Source of the DNA: an uncultured Acidobacteriota bacterium
GTDB taxonomy: Bacteria > Acidobacteriota > Vicinamibacteria > Vicinamibacterales > 2-12-FULL-66-21
Assembly (NCBI GenBank): GCA_963748295.1
Contig: CAVVIH010000005.1
Span: 459,500-523,499 of the forward strand
Reading direction: 5' to 3'
DNA length: 64,000 bases
Shown: positions 48,339 through 59,718 of the stretch, piece by piece
How positions within the stretch are numbered: the first letter of the stretch is position 1
Layout of the letters: each line of letters starts with the position of its first letter
The notes under the pieces: generated by a model
Seen by the model: the letters and a program-made list of their open reading frames with translations, nothing else
Databases searched by the model: none
Told to the model about the DNA's origin: nothing
Position numbers and translations under genes: made by a program

Positions 48339-50228
48339 TTATCGGCTGGAGCCGGTCCCGGACGATGGGGCGGAAGAACTGTGTAACTCGTAGACGTGGA
48401 CGGGACGGCCCTCCCATTTCGCCTGCACGAGCGGCCGGATGTCCGGCATCGCGTCGAGCACGTTCAGGATCGTGTCACACCGGTTGCCGTAGAAGGCGCA
48501 ATTCACCGTGACGTGGGTGACCCCGCGCTGTCTCAGCAGCCGGAACGCGTCCGCGTCCGGAAAGCCCGCAAGTCCTCTGGCGACATCGGTATAGTCGGGT
48601 GGGAAGAAGCCGCTGTAGCCGTTCACCATCGCCGCGCCGTGCCAGACGGAGAAGTACATGTAGATCAGGTTGTCGTCCAGATCGGCGAGCTGCCGGGGGA
48701 ACGGAAACTCGGCCAGCACGACGTCCGTTCGTCCCGCCAGCGAGGCGTAAACGGGTGGGGGGGAATGCCACACCGGCCGCAGCCGGAGGATCGGCTGGAA
48801 GTCCACCATGACGGCAACCACGAGCAGGCCGAAGACGATATGGCCCCTCGTCCCTGGGTGCCGCCGCAGAATTCGCCGCGCGCCGAATCCCGACAGGATC
48901 GCCAGGCTGAGGCCGACCAGAATGCTGAACCGTGCGGGGACGCGCAATCCGCGGATTGGCGGGAACCACTCGTACAAGGCCGGGTACAGCAAGCCGTTGA
49001 ACCCGAGCGATCCGTCGAACGCGACAAAGAGACCAGCGAGCGCCGCCAGTCGAGTCGTTCCGATCGGCGGCAGGAGCCCAGCGCCCGACAGGATCAGGGG
49101 GCTCAATCCCGGAAACAGCGCCCGTTCCGGTTTACGGCCTGGCAGCGTAATCGTCCCGTAGCGCGCGCTGCGAAGATCGGCGCGCAGGTAGTCGGCCGGC
49201 GTGGCGCTCAGGTCCGTCACGGTGCCGACGTCGCGAGCGCCTTTGCGCGCCTGCGCCGCCAGGTACGGCCGCGCGAGCGGGATCGCGATCACCACGGCGA
49301 CGGCAGCCGCGGCAAAGGCCGGCTTGATCAGACGGCGGAGTGCGACCCGGCGCACCCTGCACAACACCGCCGAGACTGCGACGCTGTACAACGCGAAAAA
49401 GACGCCGTAATAGAGCGACGAGTAGAGCTGCGCCACCCAGCACAACGCCGCGACGGCCGCATCGCGGAGACGGAGCGTCCCGATCGCGCGATCGATCGCC
49501 AGGAGCGCCAGCGGCATCCACGCGGTCATCTGAAGCTCGAGGTGGCTGTAGTGCTCGAAGCGATAGGGATAGAAGCCAAAGATGATCCCGGTGATGAAGG
49601 CGGCACGCGCGGACCCTGTCCATTTGAGCGCGAGCAGATAGGCGGCCGCGGCTGAGAGCAGGAACCCCGAGAGGAACAGCACGTTGTACACGACGACCGG
49701 GTGCAGGCCGATCGCGACGAGCGGCGCCGCCATCACCGACGGCAGCAGCATCGAATCGGAGTAGGTGAGCGTCAGCGGCTCGGGATGAAAGATGTTCGCG
49801 TCGAACAGCGGCCGCGGATCGCCGGTCAGCTGCCGGTAGACCCACGACATCCGCCAGATCGAAAACAGCGGGTCGCCGAGATCGGGAACCGAGGACATCG
49901 CGGAGAGCTGCGGGTGCAGGAGAATTGCGGCGACCGCGCAGAAACCGAGGATGGCCGCGAGGTGTGCTTTCCCGGCCCCCGGCCCCCGGTCCCCGGCCCC
50001 TGAACCATCAGCGTCCGGCACGTACAGACGGTCGCGCAACCTGCGCCAGGACGAACCGCTGACGCCCAGGAACCCCGTCCGGCGATCGAGCGCGACGCGC
50101 AGCGCGACAATGCCGAGCGCGATCAGGAGGCCGCGGTCCGGACTGCGCGCGGAGATGCGGACGCCTTCTGTCCGGCTGAAGAAGCCGCCGGTCAGCACGA
50201 TCGCGGCGACCCCGAGCGACGCGAGCAC
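48339..50228 (-). CDS. Large polytopic membrane protein, GT-C-fold (ArnT/PMT-like) glycosyltransferase candidate, paralog A
   Basis: 629 aa, more than 10 TM helices. Contains DLGDPLFSIWR...FDANIFHPE...YRFEHYSHLELQMTAWMP and a C-terminal soluble domain. It is collinear with 56937-58871. Confidence 0.55.
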   Translation of the reverse strand: MLASLGVAAIVLTGGFFSRTEGVRISARSPDRGLLIALGIVALRVALDRRTGFLGVSGSSWRRLRDRLYVPDADGSGAGDRGPGAGKAHLAAILGFCAVAAILLHPQLSAMSSVPDLGDPLFSIWRMSWVYRQLTGDPRPLFDANIFHPEPLTLTYSDSMLLPSVMAAPLVAIGLHPVVVYNVLFLSGFLLSAAAAYLLALKWTGSARAAFITGIIFGFYPYRFEHYSHLELQMTAWMPLALLAIDRAIGTLRLRDAAVAALCWVAQLYSSLYYGVFFALYSVAVSAVLCRVRRVALRRLIKPAFAAAAVAVVIAIPLARPYLAAQARKGARDVGTVTDLSATPADYLRADLRSARYGTITLPGRKPERALFPGLSPLILSGAGLLPPIGTTRLAALAGLFVAFDGSLGFNGLLYPALYEWFPPIRGLRVPARFSILVGLSLAILSGFGARRILRRHPGTRGHIVFGLLVVAVMVDFQPILRLRPVWHSPPPVYASLAGRTDVVLAEFPFPRQLADLDDNLIYMYFSVWHGAAMVNGYSGFFPPDYTDVARGLAGFPDADAFRLLRQRGVTHVTVNCAFYGNRCDTILNVLDAMPDIRPLVQAKWEGRPVHVYELHSSSAPSSGTGSSR

Positions 50229-50270
50229 GAGCGAGGACGTCGAGAAAGACGCTGAGGCGCCGGCGCACGG

Positions 50271-50792
50271 TCAGTCCGCCCTCAACCCGAGCGCCCGCTC
50301 CTCGACGCGGATGCGCGCGCGAAGCAGCGCCGCAAAGGCGGCGACGACGGCGGCGCCGCTCCAATACGCGCCCGACAGCAGCGCGAAGCCGGCCAGCTCA
50401 CCCATCACGCCGAGATAATTGGGGTGCCGCATGAAGCGGTATGGGCCGGCGAGGGTGCGCGCCGAGCCCGGGGGCACGAGCACGCGAAACGTCCAACGGG
50501 ATCCGAGCGTGGAGATCGCCCAGTACTTCACCAGCTTTCCGGCAACGAACACCGCGAGGCCGGCGAGCGCGAGGCTGCTCCATCCGCGCCGCAGCAGCCA
50601 CGATTCCACGATCATCGCCGCGAAGCCGCCCGGATAGATCACCTGCATCGCCGGATACACATCGTCTCGCGGCTCGAGCGCGCCGGCGTCGCGAAGCGCG
50701 CGCTCGTTCCGCCACGACAGCGCCGCTTCGGCGAGCATCGGGACGAAGGCGAGGATACCGAGGATCGCAAGACGCAGATACACGCGGATCAT
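50271..50792 (-). CDS. Isoprenylcysteine carboxyl methyltransferase (ICMT) family membrane methyltransferase
   Basis: 173 aa. Contains LAGPYRFMRHPNYLGVMGE and the RVEERAL tail. Confidence 0.75.
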   Translation of the reverse strand: MIRVYLRLAILGILAFVPMLAEAALSWRNERALRDAGALEPRDDVYPAMQVIYPGGFAAMIVESWLLRRGWSSLALAGLAVFVAGKLVKYWAISTLGSRWTFRVLVPPGSARTLAGPYRFMRHPNYLGVMGELAGFALLSGAYWSGAAVVAAFAALLRARIRVEERALGLRAD

Positions 50793-50805
50793 CGCGGCAT
50801 CGGCG

Positions 50806-52093
50806 TCAGGGGTCGGCCCGGCCGAGGACGACCGCGCTGTTCTTGGATCCGAATCCGAGGCAGTTGCACAGCGCGGCGACCGGCGCCGCGGGCCGACCGG
50901 TGTTGGGGATGAAGTCGAGGTCGCAGGCAGGATCGGCCTCCGCCTGGTTGATCGTGGGCGGCAGGAATCCTTCCTTCAAGGCGAGCGCGCTCGTCACGAT
51001 GCCCGCCGCCCCGCTGGCGCCCTGCGGGTGGCCGATCATCGACTTCGTCGACGAGCCCGGAACCGAATCGGCGAGGCGCCCGAACAGCTGCCGGACGCAG
51101 CGCGCCTCGACGGCGTCGTTGAGCACGGTCGACGTGCCATGAAAGTTGACGTAGCCGATTTCCTCCAGGGCGCGGCCGGAGCGTTCGATCGCGAGCTGCA
51201 TCGCGCGCACGATCTGTTCGCCGTCGGGATCCATCTGGACGCGATGATACGCGTCGCACGTCGATCCGTGACCGTCCACCGTGGCGTAGATGGTCGCGCC
51301 GCGCGCCCGCGCGCGGTCCTCGCGCTCGAGCACCACCATCCACGCGCCCTCACCGAGCACGAAGCCGTCGCGGCCGTTGTCGAACGGCCGCGACGCCGCG
51401 GCCGGCATGTCGTTGTAGCGCGTCGCGACGGCGCGCATCTTCGAGAAGCCGAAGATCATGCCTGGCGTCACGCAGGCGTCGGCGCCGCCGGAGAGAATCA
51501 CTTCCGCTTCGCCGGCGCGGATGAGGGACGCCGCATACGAGATCGCATCGGTGGAGCTGGTGCAGCCGGTCGAGAGCACGTGGCTGATGCCGTGCAGCTC
51601 CAGCGCGATCGAGATCTCGCTCGAGATCATGCCGACGATCGACACGGGAATCGCGTACGGCGTCACGCGCTTCCAGCCGTCGTTGAAGAACTCGTAGTAT
51701 TGCCGCTCGGCGACGTCGATGCCGCCGGCGCCGCTGCCGACCAGCACGCCGGCGCCGGGCTCGGCCAGCCGCAGGCCGGCGTCGTGCCAGGCTTCTCGCG
51801 CCGCGATCACCGCAATCAGCGACGCCTTCGAGTACCGGCGCGGGTCGGCGCGCCCGTGCGCCGTTCTGCCCGCCGTTCTTCGCGCGCCCGGCAATCGTCA
51901 CCGCGTCATCGATCGAGACGGCGGGAACAGGAGCGGCCACGGTGCAGGGAAATGCGGAGGCGTCGAAGTCGGTGATCGCGCGTGTCGCGCTGCAGCCTTG
52001 ACGGACGTGCTGCCAGAAGCGGTCGCGGCCGACGCCATAAGGTGAGACCACGCCGATGCCCGTGATTGCGACACGGGGCGCGCCCGACGCCAT
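50806..52093 (-). CDS. Beta-ketoacyl synthase with a type-II-PKS-like active site (1 frame slip near 51855)
   Basis: MASGAPRVAITGIGVVSPYG | ...HVLSTGCTSSTDAI (Cys codon 51562-51564; FabF would read ACATG), FHGTSTVLND and MIGHPQGASG (the two His). Confidence 0.8.
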
Positions 52094-52146
52094 CCCTCTA
52101 TGATGTATCCAACTACGTGCCAACTGCCAACTGCAAGTGAGCGCGC

Positions 52147-52321
52147 CTACGTACCATGTGCGACGTGCGACGTGCCACGTGCGACGTGCCACGTGCGACG
52201 TGCGACGTGCCACGTGCGACGTGCTTACGTGCCACGTACATTCTTACGTCCCACGTGCGACGTGCGACCTGCGACGTGCCACGTGCGACCTGTCACGTGC
52301 TATGTGCTATGTGCTGACGTG
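52147..52321. repeat. Heptanucleotide tandem array, about 24 units of C(G/C)ACGTG with degenerate ends
   Basis: Nine in-phase units lie at 52161-52223 (CGACGTG/CCACGTG), followed by an interruption. About 10 more units lie at 52251-52321. CAACTGC heptamers occur at 52120-52133. The array fills the divergent region 52094-52334. Confidence 0.92.
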
Positions 52322-52334
52322 CTAAGGTGTCGGC

Positions 52335-53048
52335 GTGCCGGCAGCCGGGGCGGCGGCGATCTCGTGGCTGGGTGCGGCCGCCTTCGCGGCATCGCTGGGC
52401 TGGTTTCTCTACTGCTATCTCGTCACCTGGGGCGTCCCGGCGCCGGAGGGTCCTGTCGCGCGCCCGGTGCTCGTCGACGTCGCCCTCTTCTCCTTCTTCG
52501 CGCTGCACCATAGCGTCTTTGCCAGGACCGGCCTGAAAGCCCGGCTCGTGCGCCTGGTGCCGGTTGAACTCGAACGCTCGCTGTACACCTGGATTTCCAG
52601 CGCGCTGTTCGTGCTCGCCTGCACGCTGTGGCAGCCGGTGCCGGGCGTGGTGTATCGCGCCGAAGGGCTGGCCGCCGTTGCCGGCTACCTGGTGCAGGCC
52701 GCGGGAATCGCACTCACCCTCTACGCCGGACGCAGCATGGACTTCCTCGATCTGGCCGGCGTGCGGCAGGTCCAGATTGCCGCGCGCGGCCGCCAGCCCG
52801 CGCACGTCGCGCTGCAAACCACCGGCCTGTACGGATTCGTGCGCCACCCGCTGTACTTCTCGTGGGTGCTGATGGTCTTCGGCTCGCCGGCCATGACCGC
52901 CACACGCCTCACGTTCGCGCTGACGAGCACCGCGTATCTCGCCATCGCGATTCACTGGGAGGAGCGCAGCCTCGTCGGGCTCTTCGGCGGAGCTTACGTG
53001 CAGTATCGCCGGCACGTGCGGTGGCGGATGATCCCTTATCTGTACTAG
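52335..53048 (+). CDS. ICMT/PEMT-superfamily membrane methyltransferase (237 aa)
   Basis: GTG start with AAGGTG 6 nt upstream. Contains GLYGFVRHPLYFSWVLMVFG and IHWEERSL. Confidence 0.7.
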   Translation: MPAAGAAAISWLGAAAFAASLGWFLYCYLVTWGVPAPEGPVARPVLVDVALFSFFALHHSVFARTGLKARLVRLVPVELERSLYTWISSALFVLACTLWQPVPGVVYRAEGLAAVAGYLVQAAGIALTLYAGRSMDFLDLAGVRQVQIAARGRQPAHVALQTTGLYGFVRHPLYFSWVLMVFGSPAMTATRLTFALTSTAYLAIAIHWEERSLVGLFGGAYVQYRRHVRWRMIPYLY

Positions 53049-53097
53049 CCGCGGAATTTCACTAAACGCGGATCTTCGCGGATTTCCGCGGATTCGG
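53049..53097 (-). repeat. Inverted partial copy of the AATCCGCG repeat family
   Basis: The reverse complement reads CCGAATCCGCGGAAATCCGCGAAGATCCGCGTTT. It is the same family as 53311-53454 and 24470-24696. Confidence 0.7.
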
Positions 53098-53127
53098 CGC
53101 AGCCTGCCGCGCCATTGGCGCGGGCGT

Positions 53128-53198
53128 GTGCAGGTGAGCCGAGGAATGCGAACGCTCACGCGCCATTCATGCGTTCGTATTCCCCGGCTCACCTGCAC
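53128..53198. repeat. Long imperfect hairpin: 28-bp stem, 15-nt loop
   Basis: GTGCAGGTGAGCCGAGGAATGCGAACGC (53128-53155) pairs with GCGTTCGTATTCCCCGGCTCACCTGCAC (53171-53198): 26 Watson-Crick pairs, 1 G-U and 1 mismatch. A second 10-bp/3-nt-loop hairpin lies at 53203-53225. Confidence 0.8.
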
Positions 53199-53310
53199 GC
53201 GCCAGCCCGGCCGACGGCCGGGCTGCAGGCTGCCTGACGTGCGACGTCCGTGCCGCGGCAGCTGTCACATCACCTGAGGATGCGTTTGATGAAGATCTGC
53301 ATCTTCGATC

Positions 53311-53454
53311 AATCCGCGTAAACCCGCGAAATCCGCGTTCCGTTTAGAATCCGAGTAATCCGCGAAAATCCGCGTTCCGTTTCAATCCAGTAGATCCGCG
53401 AAAATCCGCGTTCCGTCTACAATCCGAGGAATCCGCGAAAATCCGCGTCTTTGC
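53311..53454 (+). repeat. Tandem array of about 4 copies of a 36-37-bp unit AATCCGAGKAATCCGCGAAAATCCGCGTTCCGTTT
   Basis: Units start at 53311, 53348, 53384 and 53421. The core AATCCGCGA-AATC-GCGTTCCGT is shared with the 24470 array. Confidence 0.88.
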
Positions 53455-53511
53455 TATGATTCGCTGATGTCCGCGTCCACCCGCGGGTTCGCCGTGACCG
53501 CTATCTGAACC

Positions 53512-55827
<2,316 letters not shown>

Positions 55828-55836
55828 TCGCTGCCG

Positions 55837-56940
55837 TTGCGCTCAGTCTTCTTCTACATCTCCGGCCACGGGTTCGGCCACGCCTCACGGCAGATCGAGG
55901 TCGTCAACGCGCTCGGCGCGCTCGCCCCCGACGTGCCGATCCACATCCGCACGCTCGCGCCGGAATGGCTCTTCACGCGTACGCTGCGCGTTCCCGTCAC
56001 CTTCTCGACAGTCGAATGCGACACGGGCGCCGTCCAGAAGGACAGCCTGCACCTCGACGAGCGCGCCACCATCGAGCGGGCCGCGCGGTTTCACGCGAGC
56101 CTGGCGGAACGGGCGTCAGCCGAGGCCGCGAACCTGACGCGCGCCGGCGCGGCCGTTGTCGTGTCGGATGCGCCGCCGCTCGCCTGTGCCGCCGCCGCAC
56201 GAGCCGATGTTCCCTCGATCGTCGTCGCGAACTTCACCTGGGACTGGATCTACCAGGCGTATCCCGAGCAGCTTGCCGACGCGCCGGAATTGCTCCCGGC
56301 AATTCGGCGGGCCTACACTTGCGCGGCCGCCGGCTGGCGGTTGCCCATGCATGGCGGCTTCGAAACGTTCGGGACTGTCGACGACATGCCGTTCGTCGCC
56401 CGGCATTCGCGCCGCGATCCGGGCGACGTGCGGCGCGCGTTCGATCTGCCTGCCGATCGCCCGCTCGTGCTCGCGTCGTTCGGCGGACTGGGCGCGGACG
56501 ACATCGACGTGCGCAGGATCGACTGCGCCGGAGAATTCCAGATTCTCGTGACGATCAGAGACGGTGCGAACGCCGACGGGCCGCCGGGCATCCGCCTGCT
56601 TCCCGAAGCCACGCTATACGATCGCGGCTACCGGTATGAGGATCTCGTTCACGCCGCGGACGTGGTCGTGACGAAGCCGGGATACGGGATCATCGCGGAG
56701 TGCATCGCGAACGGCGCGGCGATACTGTATACGTCACGGGGACGGTTTGCCGAGTACGATGTCCTCGTTGCCGAGATGCCGCGATTCCTCCGCTGCGGAT
56801 TCATCGATCACGAGGCGCTGTTTACCGGCGCATGGCGTGAACCCGTGCGTGCGCTGCTGGGCGCGCCGCCTCCACCCGAGACGGCGGCAACAAACGGCGC
56901 GGAAGCGGTCGCGCGGCGTCTGCTGGAGTTCCTGAGGTGA
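55837..56940 (+). CDS. GT-B-fold glycosyltransferase (GT1/GT28, MurG-like)
   Basis: FFYISGHGFGHASRQ at the N-terminus and VVTKPGYGIIAECIANGAAILY in the C-terminal nucleotide-sugar domain. TTG start. Confidence 0.55.
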   Translation: MRSVFFYISGHGFGHASRQIEVVNALGALAPDVPIHIRTLAPEWLFTRTLRVPVTFSTVECDTGAVQKDSLHLDERATIERAARFHASLAERASAEAANLTRAGAAVVVSDAPPLACAAAARADVPSIVVANFTWDWIYQAYPEQLADAPELLPAIRRAYTCAAAGWRLPMHGGFETFGTVDDMPFVARHSRRDPGDVRRAFDLPADRPLVLASFGGLGADDIDVRRIDCAGEFQILVTIRDGANADGPPGIRLLPEATLYDRGYRYEDLVHAADVVVTKPGYGIIAECIANGAAILYTSRGRFAEYDVLVAEMPRFLRCGFIDHEALFTGAWREPVRALLGAPPPPETAATNGAEAVARRLLEFLR

Positions 56941-58871
56941 AGCTCGGCTCCCTGCTCGAGGCAGACGCCAACATCACGCCGGCAAGACTTCGCTTCTACA
57001 GGACGCTCGACGCGATCGGGCTGTTGCTGCTGGTGGCGGGGATCGTCGTCAGCATCACCGGCGGCAGGCGCTACGAATTCCCGGCCTTCACGATTTCGCT
57101 TCGATCCGAGTCGCGGTTCTTTTTCTGGGGCGCCATCCTTCTGCTGATCCCGTACATCCGCAATCCGAAAGGGTCGCTGGCTGCGCGCTACCTCGCCGCG
57201 GCGCGCGGACCGGGGCCGTCGGACGAAACGGAGCTGTTCGGCGCCCGCGGTCAAAGTACCCCCCGGCGCATCGCCGGAGTGGCAGGCCTGATCCTTGGCT
57301 TCGGTGCACTCGTCGCCGCGCTCACATGGCCGCAGGCCGGGCATCCGTACTGGGTGTCGGACCTCGGCGATCCGCTGTTCTCGATCTGGCGGGTCGCGTG
57401 GGTCGGCCATCACCTGCCGTTCAACCTGACGACCGTCTTCGACGCGAACATCTTCTACCCCGAACAGCACACGCTCACCTACTCGGATCCCGTGCTCGTG
57501 CCATCGGCGATGGTCGCGCCGCTCCTGTGGATGGGCGCGCATCCGGTGGTCGTCTACAACCTGTTGTTCCTCTCCGGATGGGTGCTTTCCGGCGTGACGA
57601 TGTATCTGCTCGTGCGGTCGCTGACGGGCGAGCGCGCCGCCGCCGCGATCGCCGGCGCGATCTTCGCGCTGTATCCGTTCCGCTACGAGCACTACAGCCA
57701 TCTCGAGCTGCAGATGACGATGTGGATGCCGGTCGCGCTGTATGCGCTCCACCGCACGCTGTCGCGCGAACGGCTGCGCGACGGGCTGCTCATGGGCGTC
57801 GCCTTCGCGCTGCAGACGCTGTCGTGCCTCTACTACGGCGTGTTCTTCTCCGCGTATCTACTGCCGCTCACCGCCGTGCTGTGGATCGGGCATCGATCGG
57901 GATGGCGGGCGGTCAGAGCGCTGGCGGCGGGCGGCGCGCTCGCCGTGCTGCTGGTGCTGCCGGTGGCGATGGTTTACGCCGACAGCAAGCGCGTCGTCGG
58001 CGAGCGGGAAATGAAGATCGTCGAGTACTACAGCGCCGTCCCCGAAGACTATCTGGACGCACAGCCGCGCAGCCGGCTGTACGAGAATTTGATCGCGGTC
58101 GGCGCTCCCGATCCCGAGCGAGCGCTGTTTCCCGGGTTCCTCTCGGTCGCGCTTGCCCTCGTCGCGCTCTGGACGCCGCTGTCCGCCCCGCGCATCGGGT
58201 ATGCGGTCGCGCTCGCGTTTGCGTTCGACGCGTCGCTCGGCATGAACGGCTGGACCTACCCCTGGCTGCACGAGCACATCGGGGCGTTCCGCAGCCTGCG
58301 GGTGCCGGCGCGCTTCAGCATGCTTGCGGGGATGACGCTGGCCATCCTCGCCGGCTACGGCTTCGCGCGAATCGTCCGCCGCTGGCCGTCCCGCCGGATG
58401 GCCATCAGCGCGGGAGCGCTGGCGATCGTCGCGCTGGAAGCGTTTCCGAGCCTCCCGATCGAGCCCGTCTGGCTGCAGCCGCCGTCAATCTATGGCTCGC
58501 TGAAGGAAGGCGAGCCGCAGGTGCTGGCGGAATTTCCGATGGCCCAGCGCGAGGAAGACTTCGCGATCGACACGCGCTATCAATACTTCTCCACCGAGCA
58601 CTGGCAGCGGATGGTGAACGGCAACAGCGGCTTCTTTCCGAGGTCCTATTACGAGATGATCGAGCGCGTCCGCGAGTTCCCCGACGACCGCGCGCTGCAG
58701 TACCTGCGCGCGCGCGGCGTTACCCACGTCGGCGTCCACGGCGCGTTCTACTACGACGAACGAAGATTCAGGCAGGTCGCGGAGCAGCTCGACGCCCGCA
58801 CGGACCTCGAGATGATCGCCTCCACGCGCTTTGCGGGAAGTGAATCGCGGCTGTACCGTTTTGTAAAGTGA
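56937..58871 (+). CDS. Large polytopic membrane protein, GT-C-fold glycosyltransferase candidate, paralog B
   Basis: 644 aa. Contains DLGDPLFSIWR...FDANIFYPE...FRYEHYSHLELQMTMWMP. GTGA overlap with the upstream GT-B gene. Confidence 0.55.
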   Translation: MKLGSLLEADANITPARLRFYRTLDAIGLLLLVAGIVVSITGGRRYEFPAFTISLRSESRFFFWGAILLLIPYIRNPKGSLAARYLAAARGPGPSDETELFGARGQSTPRRIAGVAGLILGFGALVAALTWPQAGHPYWVSDLGDPLFSIWRVAWVGHHLPFNLTTVFDANIFYPEQHTLTYSDPVLVPSAMVAPLLWMGAHPVVVYNLLFLSGWVLSGVTMYLLVRSLTGERAAAAIAGAIFALYPFRYEHYSHLELQMTMWMPVALYALHRTLSRERLRDGLLMGVAFALQTLSCLYYGVFFSAYLLPLTAVLWIGHRSGWRAVRALAAGGALAVLLVLPVAMVYADSKRVVGEREMKIVEYYSAVPEDYLDAQPRSRLYENLIAVGAPDPERALFPGFLSVALALVALWTPLSAPRIGYAVALAFAFDASLGMNGWTYPWLHEHIGAFRSLRVPARFSMLAGMTLAILAGYGFARIVRRWPSRRMAISAGALAIVALEAFPSLPIEPVWLQPPSIYGSLKEGEPQVLAEFPMAQREEDFAIDTRYQYFSTEHWQRMVNGNSGFFPRSYYEMIERVREFPDDRALQYLRARGVTHVGVHGAFYYDERRFRQVAEQLDARTDLEMIASTRFAGSESRLYRFVK

Positions 58872-58886
58872 TGCCTGTTTCGGCCG

Positions 58887-59588
58887 CTACGCCTTTACAC
58901 AGGTGACGAGCGACCAGATCTTCGGCCAGTTCACCTTGTCGATCGACACCGGCCTGACGTCTGCCTGCGCCAGAAACGCGGGCAGATCCAGATCCGACTT
59001 GAACCCGATGTGGATCGTCATCGGCGAAATCAGCCGCTCGACGCGGGAGAGAATCGGATTGGGGCTGAGGAAGTGGTTCAGGAAGATGATGCGGCCGCCT
59101 GGCCTGCACACGCGCCGCATTTCGCACGCCACCTTGACCGGATCGGGCACGACGCTAATCAGGTAGGGCGCGTAGACGATGTCGAACGAGTCGTCGGCGA
59201 ACTTCAGATCGGCTGCGTCCATTTGCAGCAGCCGCATGCTGCGCAGGCCCTTGCGCGCGGCGCGCTCGCGCGCCTTCTCGAGCATGGACGAGGAGAAATC
59301 GATGCCGGTGACCGTCGCCTGTTTCGGATAGAGCGACAGGTTGATGCCGGTGCCGACGCCCACTTCGAGCACACGTTCACCCGGCTGGATGTTCATGTGC
59401 TGAATTGCCTGGATGCGGCCGGGATGGAGTGTCGGTCCGAAGATGAGGTCGTAAACCTTGGCAAGCTTGTCGTAGACGCCCTCGACGAAATCGTTTTCAA
59501 CGGCGGTCACCGATAACGCGCGGGTTGCCGCATCAGACCCGGCGACGAGCTCGTCATCGTTCTCGGCTTTGCGATCGAATAAGGCCAT
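58887..59588 (-). CDS. Class I SAM-dependent methyltransferase, PmtA-like (phospholipid N-methyltransferase type)
   Basis: VYDKLAKVYDLIFG, VLEVGVGTGINL and CRPGGRIIFLNH. Confidence 0.65.
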   Translation of the reverse strand: MALFDRKAENDDELVAGSDAATRALSVTAVENDFVEGVYDKLAKVYDLIFGPTLHPGRIQAIQHMNIQPGERVLEVGVGTGINLSLYPKQATVTGIDFSSSMLEKARERAARKGLRSMRLLQMDAADLKFADDSFDIVYAPYLISVVPDPVKVACEMRRVCRPGGRIIFLNHFLSPNPILSRVERLISPMTIHIGFKSDLDLPAFLAQADVRPVSIDKVNWPKIWSLVTCVKA

Positions 59589-59718
59589 CTACAACGTCTC
59601 CGTCCGGATGATACGCATCACCTGTTTCGCGGGTTCGTGCAAGTGAGGTGCCGCGCCCGCATGCGCGCGGCGTTTGGGAATATATCCGCAATGAACGGCT
59701 GGGGCAACTGTCATGCCT

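Noticed and set aside
52100-52513. Cys/His/Arg-rich repeat peptides (RRATCHV)n from ORFs 52100-52513 and 52137-52325
   Set aside because: They are by-products of the heptamer array (7 nt x 3 = a 7-aa period), which simply lacks stop codons in these frames. There is no convincing RBS or start context. One ORF runs out of frame into the downstream methyltransferase gene.
53281-53322. Mini-ORF ATGAAGATCTGCATCTTCGATCAATCCGCGTAA (10 aa) as a leader peptide for lon
   Set aside because: It is very short, overlaps an inverted repeat and the first repeat unit, and nothing from sequence alone shows that it is translated.
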